64,000 nucleotides of DNA from Terriglobia bacterium. Its GTDB lineage: Bacteria > Acidobacteriota > Terriglobia > 20CM-2-55-15. Shown piece after piece: positions 28,095 through 39,700 of this stretch. Numbering within the stretch: the stretch's first letter is position 1; each line of letters begins with the position of its first letter. The position numbers and the translations under genes were made by a program. Under the pieces are notes generated by a model, which had not been told where the DNA came from, did not search any database, and saw only the letters and a program-made list of their open reading frames with translations. The DNA is taken from NCBI GenBank assembly GCA_965198225.1, contig CBDAOY010000008.1:576001-640000 (forward strand), given 5' to 3'.

Positions 28095-28916
28095 ATGCTC
28101 AGCTTTCTCCTCGCATTTGCTCTGGGTCTGCCCGTCCAGATCCCGGACCGGACCCAGATTCAACCTCCGGGCGCGCGGCGGAGCCTCGAAGCCGGATTCA
28201 ATGTGATCGGGCAGCTCAGCTTTGAAAACGGCGCCGAGGCGACGATCGTCGAAATTCAACTCCGGGAGCCGGCCGGGTTGACCACAATCGACCGCACGAC
28301 CGCCACGATGGACGGGCGGTTCCAGTTCAACGGCGTCAGGCTGGGCCGTTACTGGGTCATCATCGAGAACGACCACTACCAGTGGATCAAGCACCAATTG
28401 GATGTCGACACTCGAAGCTTCGCCATGGTCAACCTGGACCTATCCCTCTACCCGAAGGCCACGCTGGGGGACGGAACCCCGGTGGTGAGTATCGAGGAGC
28501 TCAGGCGCGATATTCGGGACGATGCGGTGAAGAAACTGGACGAAGCCTTTCGAGAATTCCGGGATGACGATGCCGACAAAGGAATCGAGCGTCTGGCCGT
28601 CGAGGCGTTGCTGCGGCGGTTGGAACTGGCCAATCCGAGCGCCGAGGATCACTTCGTCCTCGGATCGTCCTACTACAGACTTGCGAGGCCTGCCGAAGCC
28701 GAGCAGAACCTGCTTCGGGCTGCCTCCCTGGCTCCGGAGGAAGCGGCGGGGGCTCGTCTCCAACTTTTCAACGTCTACATGCGGACGCGCCGGCCCGTCC
28801 AGGCGCTCGAGCAGGCGAACGCGTATCTCGAGGCGTTTCCGGATCACCCGAATCACGCGGCCATGAAGGAACGGGCCGACAAGATTCGGAAGGCGCTCCA
28901 GAACAATCGGAACTAG
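28095..28916 (+). CDS. Secreted carboxypeptidase-regulatory-like + TPR protein (possibly internally shortened)
   Basis: Signal peptide, DGRFQF..V..GRY beta-sandwich, VSIEELR linker, TPR helices. Confidence 0.7.
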   Translation: MLSFLLAFALGLPVQIPDRTQIQPPGARRSLEAGFNVIGQLSFENGAEATIVEIQLREPAGLTTIDRTTATMDGRFQFNGVRLGRYWVIIENDHYQWIKHQLDVDTRSFAMVNLDLSLYPKATLGDGTPVVSIEELRRDIRDDAVKKLDEAFREFRDDDADKGIERLAVEALLRRLELANPSAEDHFVLGSSYYRLARPAEAEQNLLRAASLAPEEAAGARLQLFNVYMRTRRPVQALEQANAYLEAFPDHPNHAAMKERADKIRKALQNNRN

Positions 28917-28975
28917 GTCCGACGCGAGTGCCGATGCGAGGTCTCCTCTATCGATCGGTGGCCGGCCGACCACCG

Positions 28976-31186
28976 ATGTCCCTATGGTTGACACTGCTTT
29001 GTCTTGCCTTTTTTCCCGCTTCGACGTTTGCGCAGCAGGGTGCCGACCCTTCCCGCATCGACTACGAAACCATACGAGCGGAGAGGGTGGTATCTGCGGT
29101 TCGAATCGATGAAGAAATCATCCTGGACGGCAGGTTGGATGAACCCGCCTGGAATCGTGCGACCCCGGCGGGGGACTTCATCCAGTGGCAGCCGAACCCC
29201 GGTGCGCCGGAAACCGAGCAGACCGAGGTACGTTTTCTTTACGACGACAACAATCTCTACGTCGGTGCATTCTGCTACGACTCGGAGCCCGACCGTTTGC
29301 TCGTCAACGAACTGAAGGAAGACTTCCAGGGCCAGGAGAGCGACGGGATGCTCCTGGTTTTCGACACGCTCCACGATCAGCGTTCCGGGTTCGTGTTCAC
29401 CACCAATCCGGCCGGTGCGAAGAGAGATTTTCAGGCCGCCAACGACGGTGAGTCGATGAACATCAACTGGGACGGCGAGTGGGAGGTCGAAACTACGGTA
29501 AACGGACGGGGCTGGATAGCGGAGTTCGTCATTCCATTCAAGACGGTGCGTTTCTCCGACGCAAAGCGACAGGTTTGGGGACTGAACATGGTTCGGCGGA
29601 TTCGGAGGAAGAACGAGGATTCCTACTGGGTGCCTGTTCCGTGGCCGTACCGCGGGAACAAGATCTCGATGGCCGGAACTCTTGACGGTCTGGAAGACAT
29701 CCAGCCGGGTCGCAACCTCAAGGTGAAGCCATTCGCGATCGCCGGTGTCCGGCAGACACGGTCGGAAGATGAGTTTCCCTCAGACACAGACTTCGACGGG
29801 GGACTGGATGTCAAGTACGGCATCACGTCGCAGCTGACGCTCGACCTGACCTACCGCACCGACTTCGCTCAGGTCGAAGTCGACCAGCAGCAGCTGAACC
29901 TGACCCGGTTCAACCTTTTTTTTCCGGAGAAGCGCGAGTTCTTCCTGGAGAACTCCGCAACCTTCAGTTTTGGGCAACCCATTGCCCTGTTCAGCGCCCG
30001 CGGCGCGGGTGGCCGGCGGCCCAACAACCTGATTCCGTTTTTCAGCCGTCGGATCGGACTGGCTTCGGACGGATCACCGATCCCGATCGTCGGCGGTGCC
30101 AGGATGTCGGGCACCGTCGGCAGCTACGATGTGGGACTGTTGACGATGAAGACCGAGAGTCGGAACGAAACCCCTTCGAACACCTTCACGGTCGGCCGGG
30201 TCAAGAAAAACCTGCTCCGAAACTCCTGGGTCGGCGCCCTGATTACGAACCGGGACTCGTCGGGACGGGATGACTACAACCGCGTTTACGGCGTCGACGC
30301 CCGGTTCCGGTTGTTCGAGAAGCTCGAAGTGGGCTCCTACCTGATGCGGAGCGACACTCCCGGCCTGTCCGGCGACGATCAGGCGCGGCAGGTCCAGGGT
30401 GGCTGGCGCGGTGAGACGTTCTCGGCCGGCGGGCTGTACCATCACGTGCAGAAGAACTTCAACCCCGAAGCGGGTTTCATCCGGCGCAGGGATACGACTC
30501 TCTATTCGGGCAGCGCGTCGTGGCGGCCGCGGCTGTCCTCAGCTCCCCAGGTTCGGAACCTTGGCTTGGGTATATCGCACGATTACTACTCCGACGGGGG
30601 TGGTGGAATCGCGACGAGAGAGGAGACGCTGAACGCCGGCGTGTTCTTCCACAACAGCTCGGCCATAAGCTTCGAGGCGTCGCGGAGGTTCGAGCGCCTG
30701 GCCGACGCCTTCCGCATCAGCGGAGACTTGTCAATTCCGGTCGGCGACTACCACTTTCGGAGTTACTCGGCGTCGTTCAATTCCAACAGAAGTCGGGCTG
30801 TCTCGGGAAACCTGAGCTTCGACTGGGGGGGATTCTGGAACGGAAATCGTAAATCGTTGAGCGGCGGCATGGCCCTTCGACCGAACTATCATCTGAACAT
30901 CGATCTGAACTACACGCGCAACAACGTTACGTTACCGAACGGGTCCTTTGCATCGAACCTGATCGGTACCCGATTCCTGTACGCATTGACGAGTAAGATG
31001 TTCTTCAACGCGTTCCTCCAGTACAACACCGACACCGACCGCTTCAGCTCGAACATCCGCTTCAACATCATCCACCACCCACTGAGCGACCTCTTCGTCG
31101 TCTACACCGACACCCGCGACACCATCTCAGGACGGCTCTTGGATCGAGCGTTCGTCGTCAAGTTCACGCAGTTACTCAGCTTCTAG
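28976..31186 (+). CDS. CBM9-like + DUF5916 outer-membrane protein
   Basis: LDGRLDEPAW, AEFVIPF, DFAQVEVD, NLTRFNLFFPEKREFFLE, FFSRRIG, C-terminal F. Confidence 0.88.
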   Translation: MSLWLTLLCLAFFPASTFAQQGADPSRIDYETIRAERVVSAVRIDEEIILDGRLDEPAWNRATPAGDFIQWQPNPGAPETEQTEVRFLYDDNNLYVGAFCYDSEPDRLLVNELKEDFQGQESDGMLLVFDTLHDQRSGFVFTTNPAGAKRDFQAANDGESMNINWDGEWEVETTVNGRGWIAEFVIPFKTVRFSDAKRQVWGLNMVRRIRRKNEDSYWVPVPWPYRGNKISMAGTLDGLEDIQPGRNLKVKPFAIAGVRQTRSEDEFPSDTDFDGGLDVKYGITSQLTLDLTYRTDFAQVEVDQQQLNLTRFNLFFPEKREFFLENSATFSFGQPIALFSARGAGGRRPNNLIPFFSRRIGLASDGSPIPIVGGARMSGTVGSYDVGLLTMKTESRNETPSNTFTVGRVKKNLLRNSWVGALITNRDSSGRDDYNRVYGVDARFRLFEKLEVGSYLMRSDTPGLSGDDQARQVQGGWRGETFSAGGLYHHVQKNFNPEAGFIRRRDTTLYSGSASWRPRLSSAPQVRNLGLGISHDYYSDGGGGIATREETLNAGVFFHNSSAISFEASRRFERLADAFRISGDLSIPVGDYHFRSYSASFNSNRSRAVSGNLSFDWGGFWNGNRKSLSGGMALRPNYHLNIDLNYTRNNVTLPNGSFASNLIGTRFLYALTSKMFFNAFLQYNTDTDRFSSNIRFNIIHHPLSDLFVVYTDTRDTISGRLLDRAFVVKFTQLLSF

Positions 31187-31474
31187 CTGCCAAGTGCCAG
31201 TTGATTCTTTCTTGTCCTGGCCGCAATCTTGGACCTGAGATGAGGTTCAGCCGGGACCCGAAGTCCAATCCGGGAAACCACCGCCTGGCTCGGGCGATGA
31301 GTTCGGGGGAGCGTTTGTCGGGGACGGGTCTGTCCCTGGCCGACCCGCTGCAGTATCATACGCTTACACCAGTTTCACCGGGAATTTGCCTGCGCGTCCC
31401 GACAATGTCGACGATCGTTCGGCCGGATCCACCGGGCTTGACGCGCACGACGGTGGAACCTGCCGGTCGTAAAG

Positions 31475-34400
31475 ATGAAGTTTAGGCTGCTCGCCCTCTG
31501 TGCGCTCTTGTCCGGGTCTCTGCCCGCGAACTCCCAGACGATCCAGGTCGGCTACACGCTGGTGACAGCCACTGGAGGCACCGGAGTACCGGCCAGTTCC
31601 GCACTGTTCACGTTCGAAAACAGCGGCGTGCTGGTGAGCCAGGCCGGCGTGCCCGCGACCGCCCCCATGCTCTCGGGCCGGATCGTGGTGGACGAAGTTG
31701 TCACTCAGACCGCGCTGGCTCTGGTCAATCCATCGATCGCCTCGGCGAGCATCCAGTTCACGCTTCGCGACGCCGCGGGGAATCAGGTGGGGACGGAGAC
31801 TCGGAGTCTCGGGCCAGGACAGCACCTGGCCCTTTTCGTGTCGGAACTCTTTGCCAACATGCCTGCAGGTCTGCTCGGCAGCTTGACTTTTACCAGCGAT
31901 CAGGCTCTGGCACCCCTGACCTTGCGTCAGAGTATCAACAGCCGTGGAGAGCCCCTGTATGCGACCCTCCCGGTTGTCGATCTGACGACGGCAGCCGGAG
32001 TCGATTCGGTGGTTTTTCCTCATCTTGCCGCGGGCGGTGGTTACACGACGCAGCTGCTTCTCGTCAACGAGACGGATGGAGCGATTCAGGGCACGGTTCG
32101 GCTCAAACAGTCCGACGGTACTCCGTTGGTCGTGCGCCTGGGCTCACAGAACGTTTCCAGTTTTGCCTACTTCCTGCCACCCGCCGGCGTCAGTCGTGTT
32201 GAGCTCGGAGATCCGGCAGCGCAGTCGGTTTCGGTCGGATACGCAGTCGTCGATCCCGACGCCGGACAGGTGTCCCCGGCCGGCACCGCGGTTTTCCAGC
32301 TCAAATCGAACGGGCAGCTGGTCTCTGAAGCTGCAGTGGCCGCGACCCCGCTGACGACGAAGGCCCGGGTCTTTGTCGATACTGTTGGAACCCAGACGGG
32401 TCTTGCTCTGGCCAACCCGAGTTCCGGGGAGGTTGAGGTGACGCTCGCTTTGCTCGATCGCTATGGCGCCTGGCAGGAGGAGACGAAGCGGACGCTGCCC
32501 GCCGACGGACACTTTGCGATCCTGGCGACGGAGCTGTTTTCGAGCGTGACGCTGGGCTTCACGGGCCAGATCGAGGTCCAGAGCCCGCAGTCTATCGCTG
32601 CGGTGACGCTGAAGCTCACGACCAACTCGCGCGGCGAGCTCGTGCTGACCACGCTGCCGGTCGCCGATGCTGTTTCGCCCCCGATAGCGACTTCGATCGT
32701 GTTTCCCCACATCGCGATCGGTGCGGGGTTTTCCACCCGGTTCATCTTTCTGCACACGGATTCATCGAACCCGGCCGACGGCCAGCTGCAGTTCTTTCAG
32801 TCCGACGGGTCGCTCATGCTGGTTCCGTTGGCAGGCGAGGAAGGCAGCCAGTTTCCGTATGGTTTCGCCGCCGGGGAAGCGCGCCGCTTCTTTCCGGGTA
32901 ATACCGATACCGTCGCGAGCATCACGCTCCGCGACGCCGCATCGAACGTGGCGACCGAGGAGGTGAACGTCAACCTCGGCGCTTCGGTGCGTCTCCGCGT
33001 CGTTGTCATCGATAGCGCGGGAACTTCGCGGGATGATTTCGCCGTCGGCTTCAGCAGCATCAGCCCGGACATCGCGAGCGTGGATGCGACCGGCAACGTC
33101 CAGGGGCTGAAGTCGGGCTTCTCGACGCTCACCTTGACGGCCGGGGGCATCATCGCTGCCGCAACCCTCACCGTCACCGACGTCGACGCGGGCGTGTCCG
33201 GCTTCGAAGCAATCGGAGTCACCCAGGATGATGCAGGCGTCCTGTACCTGGCCTCCAGCCAGTCCCACACCGTGCTCACCAGCCCCGACCTGACCCAGAC
33301 GCCCCAGGTCTACGCGGGTATCCAGGACAGCCCGGGTCTGAAGAACGCTGCGCGCACCGACTCGCAGTTTCGCAATCCCTCCTACCTTTCGTTCAACAGT
33401 GCCAGCGGCGCGCTCTACGTCAGCGACAGCGCAAACCACTCAATCCGCGAAGTCCAGCCCGGAGCGGAAGGACAAGTGCAGACTCTGGCGGGAACGGGGG
33501 TAGCGGGGAGCGCCGACGGAGGATCGGCGACGTTTGACACCCCTCAGGGAATCGCGCTCGACGGGCGGGGCAACATGTGGGTGGTCGATTCCGGCAACCA
33601 CACGGTCCGCCGGGTCAACCTGGAGACAGGCGAAGTCGAAACACTGGCCGGATCCGCTGGCAGCGCTGGGCTGGCAGACGGGACCGGAACCGGTGCCCGG
33701 TTCGACACGCCCACTGGAATCGCTCTCGAAGCCGAAACACTCGCCCAACAGCTCGCACGGGAACTGACAGGAGCACCGCCGCCACCGGTTCGAATGCTCG
33801 TTACGGACACGAACAACGGCGTGATCCGCCGGGTATCGGAGACGGGCGTCGTGGAGACGGTGACTTCGCTCGGCTCCAGCTCTGGCCTCAGCACCGGCGA
33901 CGGTTCTGTGAGCCGCGCGGAGTCCACGGCTGCGGCTCTGCAGTTTTCCGCGCCTGCCGGTGTGGCTTCCGACCCGTTCGGGAATATCTACGTCACCGAG
34001 CCGGGCAGCAACCAGGTGCGCGTCGTCCTGCCCAACGGACGGACCGTCCGACTGGCGCAGCGAAACACCTTCCAGGAGCCGCGAGGCGTGACAATCACGG
34101 ACGACGGAAAGGTTCTGGTGTCCGACCGCCAGAGCCTGGCCCGATCCGTCGAGTTCGGCGCCCCGACGATCGCGGGAATCTCGCCCATTCGAGTCCTGAA
34201 CACCGGAGGGGACACCGTCACCATCCGCGGGACGAATTTCGCTCCAGGCACGCTGGTCCTGGTCGGCAGGCAGCCGATCGAGGCGACAGTCGCAGGCAGC
34301 ACCCGCGTCACGATCACGGTTCCGGCCTTGCCCAGCGGGGTCCGGACGCTGACGGTCCTGAACCGCGGCGGCGTTGCCCAGACTCCGCTCTGGGTCGATG

Positions 34401-36529
34401 CTGTACCGCTCAGCGAGACCACGCCGGGCAACATCACCACCGTGGCGGGTGGCACCGATTTCGTCGGTGACGGATTGAAGGGTGTGCAGGCGGCCCTCGC
34501 GTGGCCTTTTTCGACGGCATTTGTCCGGGGGGGCCTCTTGATCGTCGACCGCGGCAACAACCGCGTGCGTCGGTACGACTGGAGGAGCCGAGTCATCACG
34601 ACGATCGCGGGAACCGGCGATCAGGAATCGTCCGGCGACGGGGGTCCTGCCGTTGCCGCTTCCCTCAACAGGCCGACCGATGCCCTCGTCGATCGGGCAG
34701 GCAACATATTCATCGCGGAATTCGGGGGGCAACGCATCCGGATGATCGCTGCCGCGACCGGTATCATCTCGACTGTCGCAGGGACCGGTCAGCCAGGTTT
34801 TTCCGGGGACGGCGGTCCCGCCGTCGATGCCATCCTGGGACAACCCTTCGACCTCGCCCTCGATCCACAAGGCCGTCTGTTAGTTGCCGAGTCGTCGAAC
34901 AATATCATCCGCCGGGTCGACCTTTCCACCGGCACGATCTCCACCATCGCCGGAACCGGCGAGCGGGGTTTCGAGGGTGACGGCGGGTTGGCGATCGAGG
35001 CCAAGCTGGGCAGCCCCCGGGGAATCGTTCTTGACGGTTCCGGCAACCTCTTCATAACCGAGTCGACGAATCATCGCATTCGCCGACTCGATGCTGAAAC
35101 AGGTGTGATCACGACCGTGGCCGGGACCGGAGAAGGCACCTATTCCGGTGATGGAGGCCCGGCGACGTCCGCGGCCCTGAACGATCCGGGGGGGATTGCC
35201 GCTGATGCCCACGGAAATCTTTACTTCGCCGACCGGTCCAACTACCGCATCCGCCGGATCGACGCGGAGACCAGTTTGATCTCGACGGTTGCCGGCAGCG
35301 GACAGGCTGGCTTCGCGGGAGACAACGGTCCAGGGGGAGATGCGGTTCTGAACCGGCCCGCGGGTGTCACCGTCACCCCAAACGGCGCCTTTCTCGTCAT
35401 TGCCGATACGCTCAACAACAGGATTCGCCGCTGGCGTCCCCGCGACGACCTGGTCCGGACTTTCGTCGGAAACGGCGAGGCGCGAATCATCGGGGACGAC
35501 GGCCCGGCGACCGCCGCGGGGCTCTACTTTCCGAACGACCTGGCATTCGACTCCTCGAGAAACCTGGTCATCGCCGACACGCTGAACCACCGCGTCCGTT
35601 CGATCGATGCAGGCAGCCGGACGATCACGACCGTGGTGGGCGGCGGAGACGACGGGCTGCGTTTCGGTCGCGGCAGCGGAGGCTATGCGGGCGACGACAG
35701 CGCGGCCCTCGCCGCCTCGCTGGACCAACCCAGCGGGATCCTGATCGAAGCGGGGGGGAACATCGTTATTGCCGATGCGCAGAACAATCGCATTCGGGTC
35801 GTCGCTTCGGGAACCGGGAACATCCGGACCATCGCGGGCACCGGCTCGCGCGGCAATTCCGGAGACGGAGGGCCGGCGGTCGATGCCGAAATCTTCACGC
35901 CCAGGGCGATCGCCGCCGACAGCTCCGGGCACGTGTATTTCGCCGACACCGAGAACAGCAGGATCCGCCGGATCGACCGAGACACCGGGGCGATCACGAC
36001 GGTTGCCGGCAACGGGGGCCAGGGTTTCGCCGGAGACGGTGGCCCGGCTCTGGATGCGTCCCTGGACCGACCCCGCGGACTTGTCTTCGACGCGAATGAT
36101 AACCTGTACATTGTCGACGTTTTCAACCATCGAATCCGCCGTATGGACGTTCGAACCGGCGTGATAACCACCTTCGCCGGTACCGGGGAAAGCGGCCGCG
36201 GCGCGGGAGGCTTCGGTGGAGACGACGGGCCTGCGACCGAAGCACGCCTCAACTTTCCCATCGATGTCGCGTTGGACGCGGCCGGCAACTTGTGGATCGC
36301 CGACTTGCTGAACAACAGGGTTCGCCGCGTCGACACCTCGACCGGCGTGATCACGACCCTCGTTGGTGGCGGACGCGTTGGTGTCCGGGAAACGTTTTCG
36401 GGAGACAACGGTCCGGCGGCTGCGGCCAGGCTGGAACTCCCTCGGGCAATAGTGTTCGACGCAAACGGAAACCTCTTCATCGCCACCCAGGCCCACCGGG
36501 TTCGGGCCGTGCGCGCCCCGATCAATTAG
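31475..36529 (+). CDS. Giant secreted NHL-repeat protein (duplicated N-terminal beta domain, Ig-like, NHL propeller, IPT/TIG, teneurin-like GDGGPA NHL repeats)
   Basis: Signal peptide, two VFPH(L/I)AxGxG(Y/F)xT modules, many (T/V)AGTG..G..GDGGPA..A.L..P repeats. Confidence 0.92.
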   Translation: MKFRLLALCALLSGSLPANSQTIQVGYTLVTATGGTGVPASSALFTFENSGVLVSQAGVPATAPMLSGRIVVDEVVTQTALALVNPSIASASIQFTLRDAAGNQVGTETRSLGPGQHLALFVSELFANMPAGLLGSLTFTSDQALAPLTLRQSINSRGEPLYATLPVVDLTTAAGVDSVVFPHLAAGGGYTTQLLLVNETDGAIQGTVRLKQSDGTPLVVRLGSQNVSSFAYFLPPAGVSRVELGDPAAQSVSVGYAVVDPDAGQVSPAGTAVFQLKSNGQLVSEAAVAATPLTTKARVFVDTVGTQTGLALANPSSGEVEVTLALLDRYGAWQEETKRTLPADGHFAILATELFSSVTLGFTGQIEVQSPQSIAAVTLKLTTNSRGELVLTTLPVADAVSPPIATSIVFPHIAIGAGFSTRFIFLHTDSSNPADGQLQFFQSDGSLMLVPLAGEEGSQFPYGFAAGEARRFFPGNTDTVASITLRDAASNVATEEVNVNLGASVRLRVVVIDSAGTSRDDFAVGFSSISPDIASVDATGNVQGLKSGFSTLTLTAGGIIAAATLTVTDVDAGVSGFEAIGVTQDDAGVLYLASSQSHTVLTSPDLTQTPQVYAGIQDSPGLKNAARTDSQFRNPSYLSFNSASGALYVSDSANHSIREVQPGAEGQVQTLAGTGVAGSADGGSATFDTPQGIALDGRGNMWVVDSGNHTVRRVNLETGEVETLAGSAGSAGLADGTGTGARFDTPTGIALEAETLAQQLARELTGAPPPPVRMLVTDTNNGVIRRVSETGVVETVTSLGSSSGLSTGDGSVSRAESTAAALQFSAPAGVASDPFGNIYVTEPGSNQVRVVLPNGRTVRLAQRNTFQEPRGVTITDDGKVLVSDRQSLARSVEFGAPTIAGISPIRVLNTGGDTVTIRGTNFAPGTLVLVGRQPIEATVAGSTRVTITVPALPSGVRTLTVLNRGGVAQTPLWVDAVPLSETTPGNITTVAGGTDFVGDGLKGVQAALAWPFSTAFVRGGLLIVDRGNNRVRRYDWRSRVITTIAGTGDQESSGDGGPAVAASLNRPTDALVDRAGNIFIAEFGGQRIRMIAAATGIISTVAGTGQPGFSGDGGPAVDAILGQPFDLALDPQGRLLVAESSNNIIRRVDLSTGTISTIAGTGERGFEGDGGLAIEAKLGSPRGIVLDGSGNLFITESTNHRIRRLDAETGVITTVAGTGEGTYSGDGGPATSAALNDPGGIAADAHGNLYFADRSNYRIRRIDAETSLISTVAGSGQAGFAGDNGPGGDAVLNRPAGVTVTPNGAFLVIADTLNNRIRRWRPRDDLVRTFVGNGEARIIGDDGPATAAGLYFPNDLAFDSSRNLVIADTLNHRVRSIDAGSRTITTVVGGGDDGLRFGRGSGGYAGDDSAALAASLDQPSGILIEAGGNIVIADAQNNRIRVVASGTGNIRTIAGTGSRGNSGDGGPAVDAEIFTPRAIAADSSGHVYFADTENSRIRRIDRDTGAITTVAGNGGQGFAGDGGPALDASLDRPRGLVFDANDNLYIVDVFNHRIRRMDVRTGVITTFAGTGESGRGAGGFGGDDGPATEARLNFPIDVALDAAGNLWIADLLNNRVRRVDTSTGVITTLVGGGRVGVRETFSGDNGPAAAARLELPRAIVFDANGNLFIATQAHRVRAVRAPIN

Positions 36530-36571
36530 CGTCTTGCGAGCGCGAGAACCTGCTTCGTCCCCATAGCTTGT

Positions 36572-36637
36572 GTAGGTGCGCTCTATGAGCGCACATCGTT
36601 TCGGCTCGGAGAATGTGCGGTCATGGACCGCACCTAC
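36572..36637 (+). repeat. 66-bp GTAG REP doublet between the convergent NHL genes
   Basis: GTAGGTGCGCTCTATGAGCGCAC...GTGCGGTCATGGACCGCACCTAC. Extra half-site near 36700-36713. Confidence 0.9.
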
Positions 36638-36737
36638 ACCCCCCGGGGAGATCCGCCCCTCCACGTCCCTCTGCCCGAAAGGCTGTTTTGGGCAGGGATG
36701 GTCATAGACCGCACTAGGGCTGGTGAGGAAACGAGGG

Positions 36738-39700
36738 CTAAGGAATCGGCCCCCGGATGACACGAATCCGGTTGTTGAACGTATCGGCGATGTAAAGATC
36801 GCCGGCGGCATCGACGACAATTGCCCGTGGGTAAGCAAGCTCGGCCATTGAAGCGGGTCCGCCATCACCGGCCGGGCCGGTCTCACCGATACCGGCGATC
36901 GTCTCTACTACTCCTGAAGCGTCGATGTAGCGGATGCCCTGCACGGCAAAATCGACGAAAAACAAACGGCTGTCAAAGGAGGCAACTGCGACTGGAAAAA
37001 TGGCGGCCTCGGTGGCCAGAGCGCCAACCTCGAAAGACATTCCGCCGCCAGCGATCGTCGTGATCGTGCCCGATACGATGTCGAGCTTCCTGATCCTGCC
37101 ATTGGGATCGTTGTCGACGATGAGCAGGTTTCCATCCGAATCGAATGCGATGTCTGCAACATACGACAGCGCTGCTTCCACAGCCGGTCCGCCATCGCCC
37201 GAATAGCCGTTCGTTCCGTTGCCGGCGACCGTCACAATAGTTCCCGTTTCGAGGTTTATCCGCCGTATCCGGTAGTTCTCCGCGTCGACCACGTAGAGAT
37301 CGCCGTCGCTCGAGATTGCCATGGCCTCGGGGACCTTCAACACGGCTTCAGTGGCCGGCCCTCCATCACCGGAAAACCCCTCCGCACCGGTTCCGGCAAC
37401 CCGGCTGATGATTCCGCTGGCGTCGATCTTGCGGATTTGGTGGTGCCAGGTATCTGCGATGTAGAGATTGCCGGAAGCATCGAAGGCGATCCCGGCAGGG
37501 CTCGAAAGAGGCGCTTCGGTGGCAGGTCCGCCGTTCCCGATGCCCTCTTCCGGATACTCGACTCCGCCCGCAACTGTAGTGATGAGCCCCGTTTCCTTCT
37601 CGACCCTTCGAACGCGCGCGCTGGTTTCGTCGACAACGAACAGATTCCCTCCAGCGTCGAACGCAATGTCCCGCGGAACAGTCAGGACGGCGGCAGCGGC
37701 CGGGCCCCCGTCTCCCAGGAACTCCCTGTCGCCGCCGGCTACGGTCTCGATCAGTCCACTCCCCTCGTTGACCACTCGGATACGGCGGTTTCCGATGTCC
37801 GCAATGAAAAGGTTGCCGCCCGAATCGATGGCAATGTCGCTCTCACCGTTCAACCCCGCGTCGAGGGCGGGCCCGCCGTCGCCGGAAAAATCGAAAGAAC
37901 CATTTCCGGCCACGGTCTCGATGATGTTGGTGTCGCCAGCGACCTTGCGAACCCTGCCGTTACCGCTGTCGGAGATCAAAAAATTACCGGCACCGTCGAC
38001 GGCAACGCGGGTGGGAGTGGACAGAGTCGCCACGTCGGCCGGGCCACCGTCACCGGTGAAATCAGCTTCACCGGTTCCGACGATCGTGCTGATCGTACCG
38101 CTGACCGCGTCCACCAGCCGAATCCGGTTGTTGAGAGTATCGGCTATCAGCAGATTGCCCTCCTCGTCCAGGTCGATACCTGCAGGAATGTCGAGCATCG
38201 CTTCGACCCCCGGCCCGCCATCACCCGAGAAACCAGCCTCCCCGGTGCCGGCCAGTGATAATTCCGGTCACCGCATCCACGCGACGGATGCGATAAGCGA
38301 AAGTGTCTGCAATAAAAAGGTTTCCGGAAGAATCCACGGCGACGTCGAAAGGAGCCTCGATTCTCGCCTCCACAGCCGGGCCCCCGTCGCCGGCGGATCC
38401 GGGTTCTGAGCCGGCTACGGTCGTGATGATTCCAGTACCCGCGGCGATCTTTCGGATCACGCTGTTATTCGTGTCGGCGACATACAGGTTTCCGGCGGGG
38501 TCAAAGGCGACCGCGTGAGGGTTGTCCAGCCCAGCGGCCGTGGAGAGCCCGTTGTCGCCTTTGTACGCCGCGATGCCCGTTCCGGCGATCGTCGTTATGA
38601 TCAGTGTTGTGCGATCCACTCGCCGGACACGGTTCTTGAACGTGTCCGCGATGAACAGGTTGCCTTCCGCGTCCAGGGCAATCCCGAATGGATTCAGCGG
38701 CGCATCCGTCGCGGGCTCTCCGTCCCCGGCGAACGTCGAGCCGCCGGCGATCGTCGTGACGTAACCCGCCGGCAAGCTGTCAAACGGAATCGTCTCGACG
38801 ACGAACCCGCGCTGAGCCAGGCCACCGCGATTCTGAACGGTCAGGGTCGTCAGGCCGCTCGGCAGCGCAGGTGAGACGAACGACATGTTACGCGTGTCGA
38901 TGATGACCGGGTTCTCGACCACGATCCCCGCGACGACGACAAGGGTCCCCGGAGCGAAGTTGCTCCCCTGGATTGTGACGGTTGTTCCGCCCTGATTGTC
39001 GACGATGTCTGGCCCGATGCCGTCGATGACCGGCGCCCCGTAGGTGATCTCACGCGCCGTTTGCCCCGATTCGGCAACGACGACTCTTCCACTCCGGGTC
39101 ACTGCGATCCCCCGCGGTTTGACGACCGTGTTCGCCGGAACCGCCGAAACGAGGCGTCCGTCAGGCAAGATCGTTCGTACGTTGTTCCGGTCGGGTTCCG
39201 TCACATAGATACTGCCGAACACGTCTGCTGCCACACCCGTTGGCGACCGGAACGCCAGCGGCACCCCGAGGGGAATCTCATTCGCCCGCCGATCGGCGGT
39301 TCCGCCGATGATCGCGGATGCCGCAACAGGCTCGCGCAGGGTGGTGACCTTACCGGTTTCGTCGACGCGTCGTACGGCGCCGTTACCCTTGTCGGCAACG
39401 ATCACTCGAACGGGTCTCGGAGGCAGGCCCTGGAGTTCCCGAGCCAATTGTGCGGCTGTTGTCTCGACCTCGATCGCGATTCCCGTTGGTGTGTCGAATC
39501 TTGCCAGCCCCCCGTTGCCGTCGGCGAACCCCGCGGTGCCGGCCTGCCCGGCGATCGTCTCGACCTTCTGGGTCAGCAGGTTGATTCGACGGATGGTATG
39601 GTTCCCTGCGTCCGAGACCCAGAGGTAACCGAGGCTGTCCTGCGCGACGCCCTGGGGGTTGTTGAAAAGGGCCTCGGAAACGGGCCCGTCCTTGTTCCCG

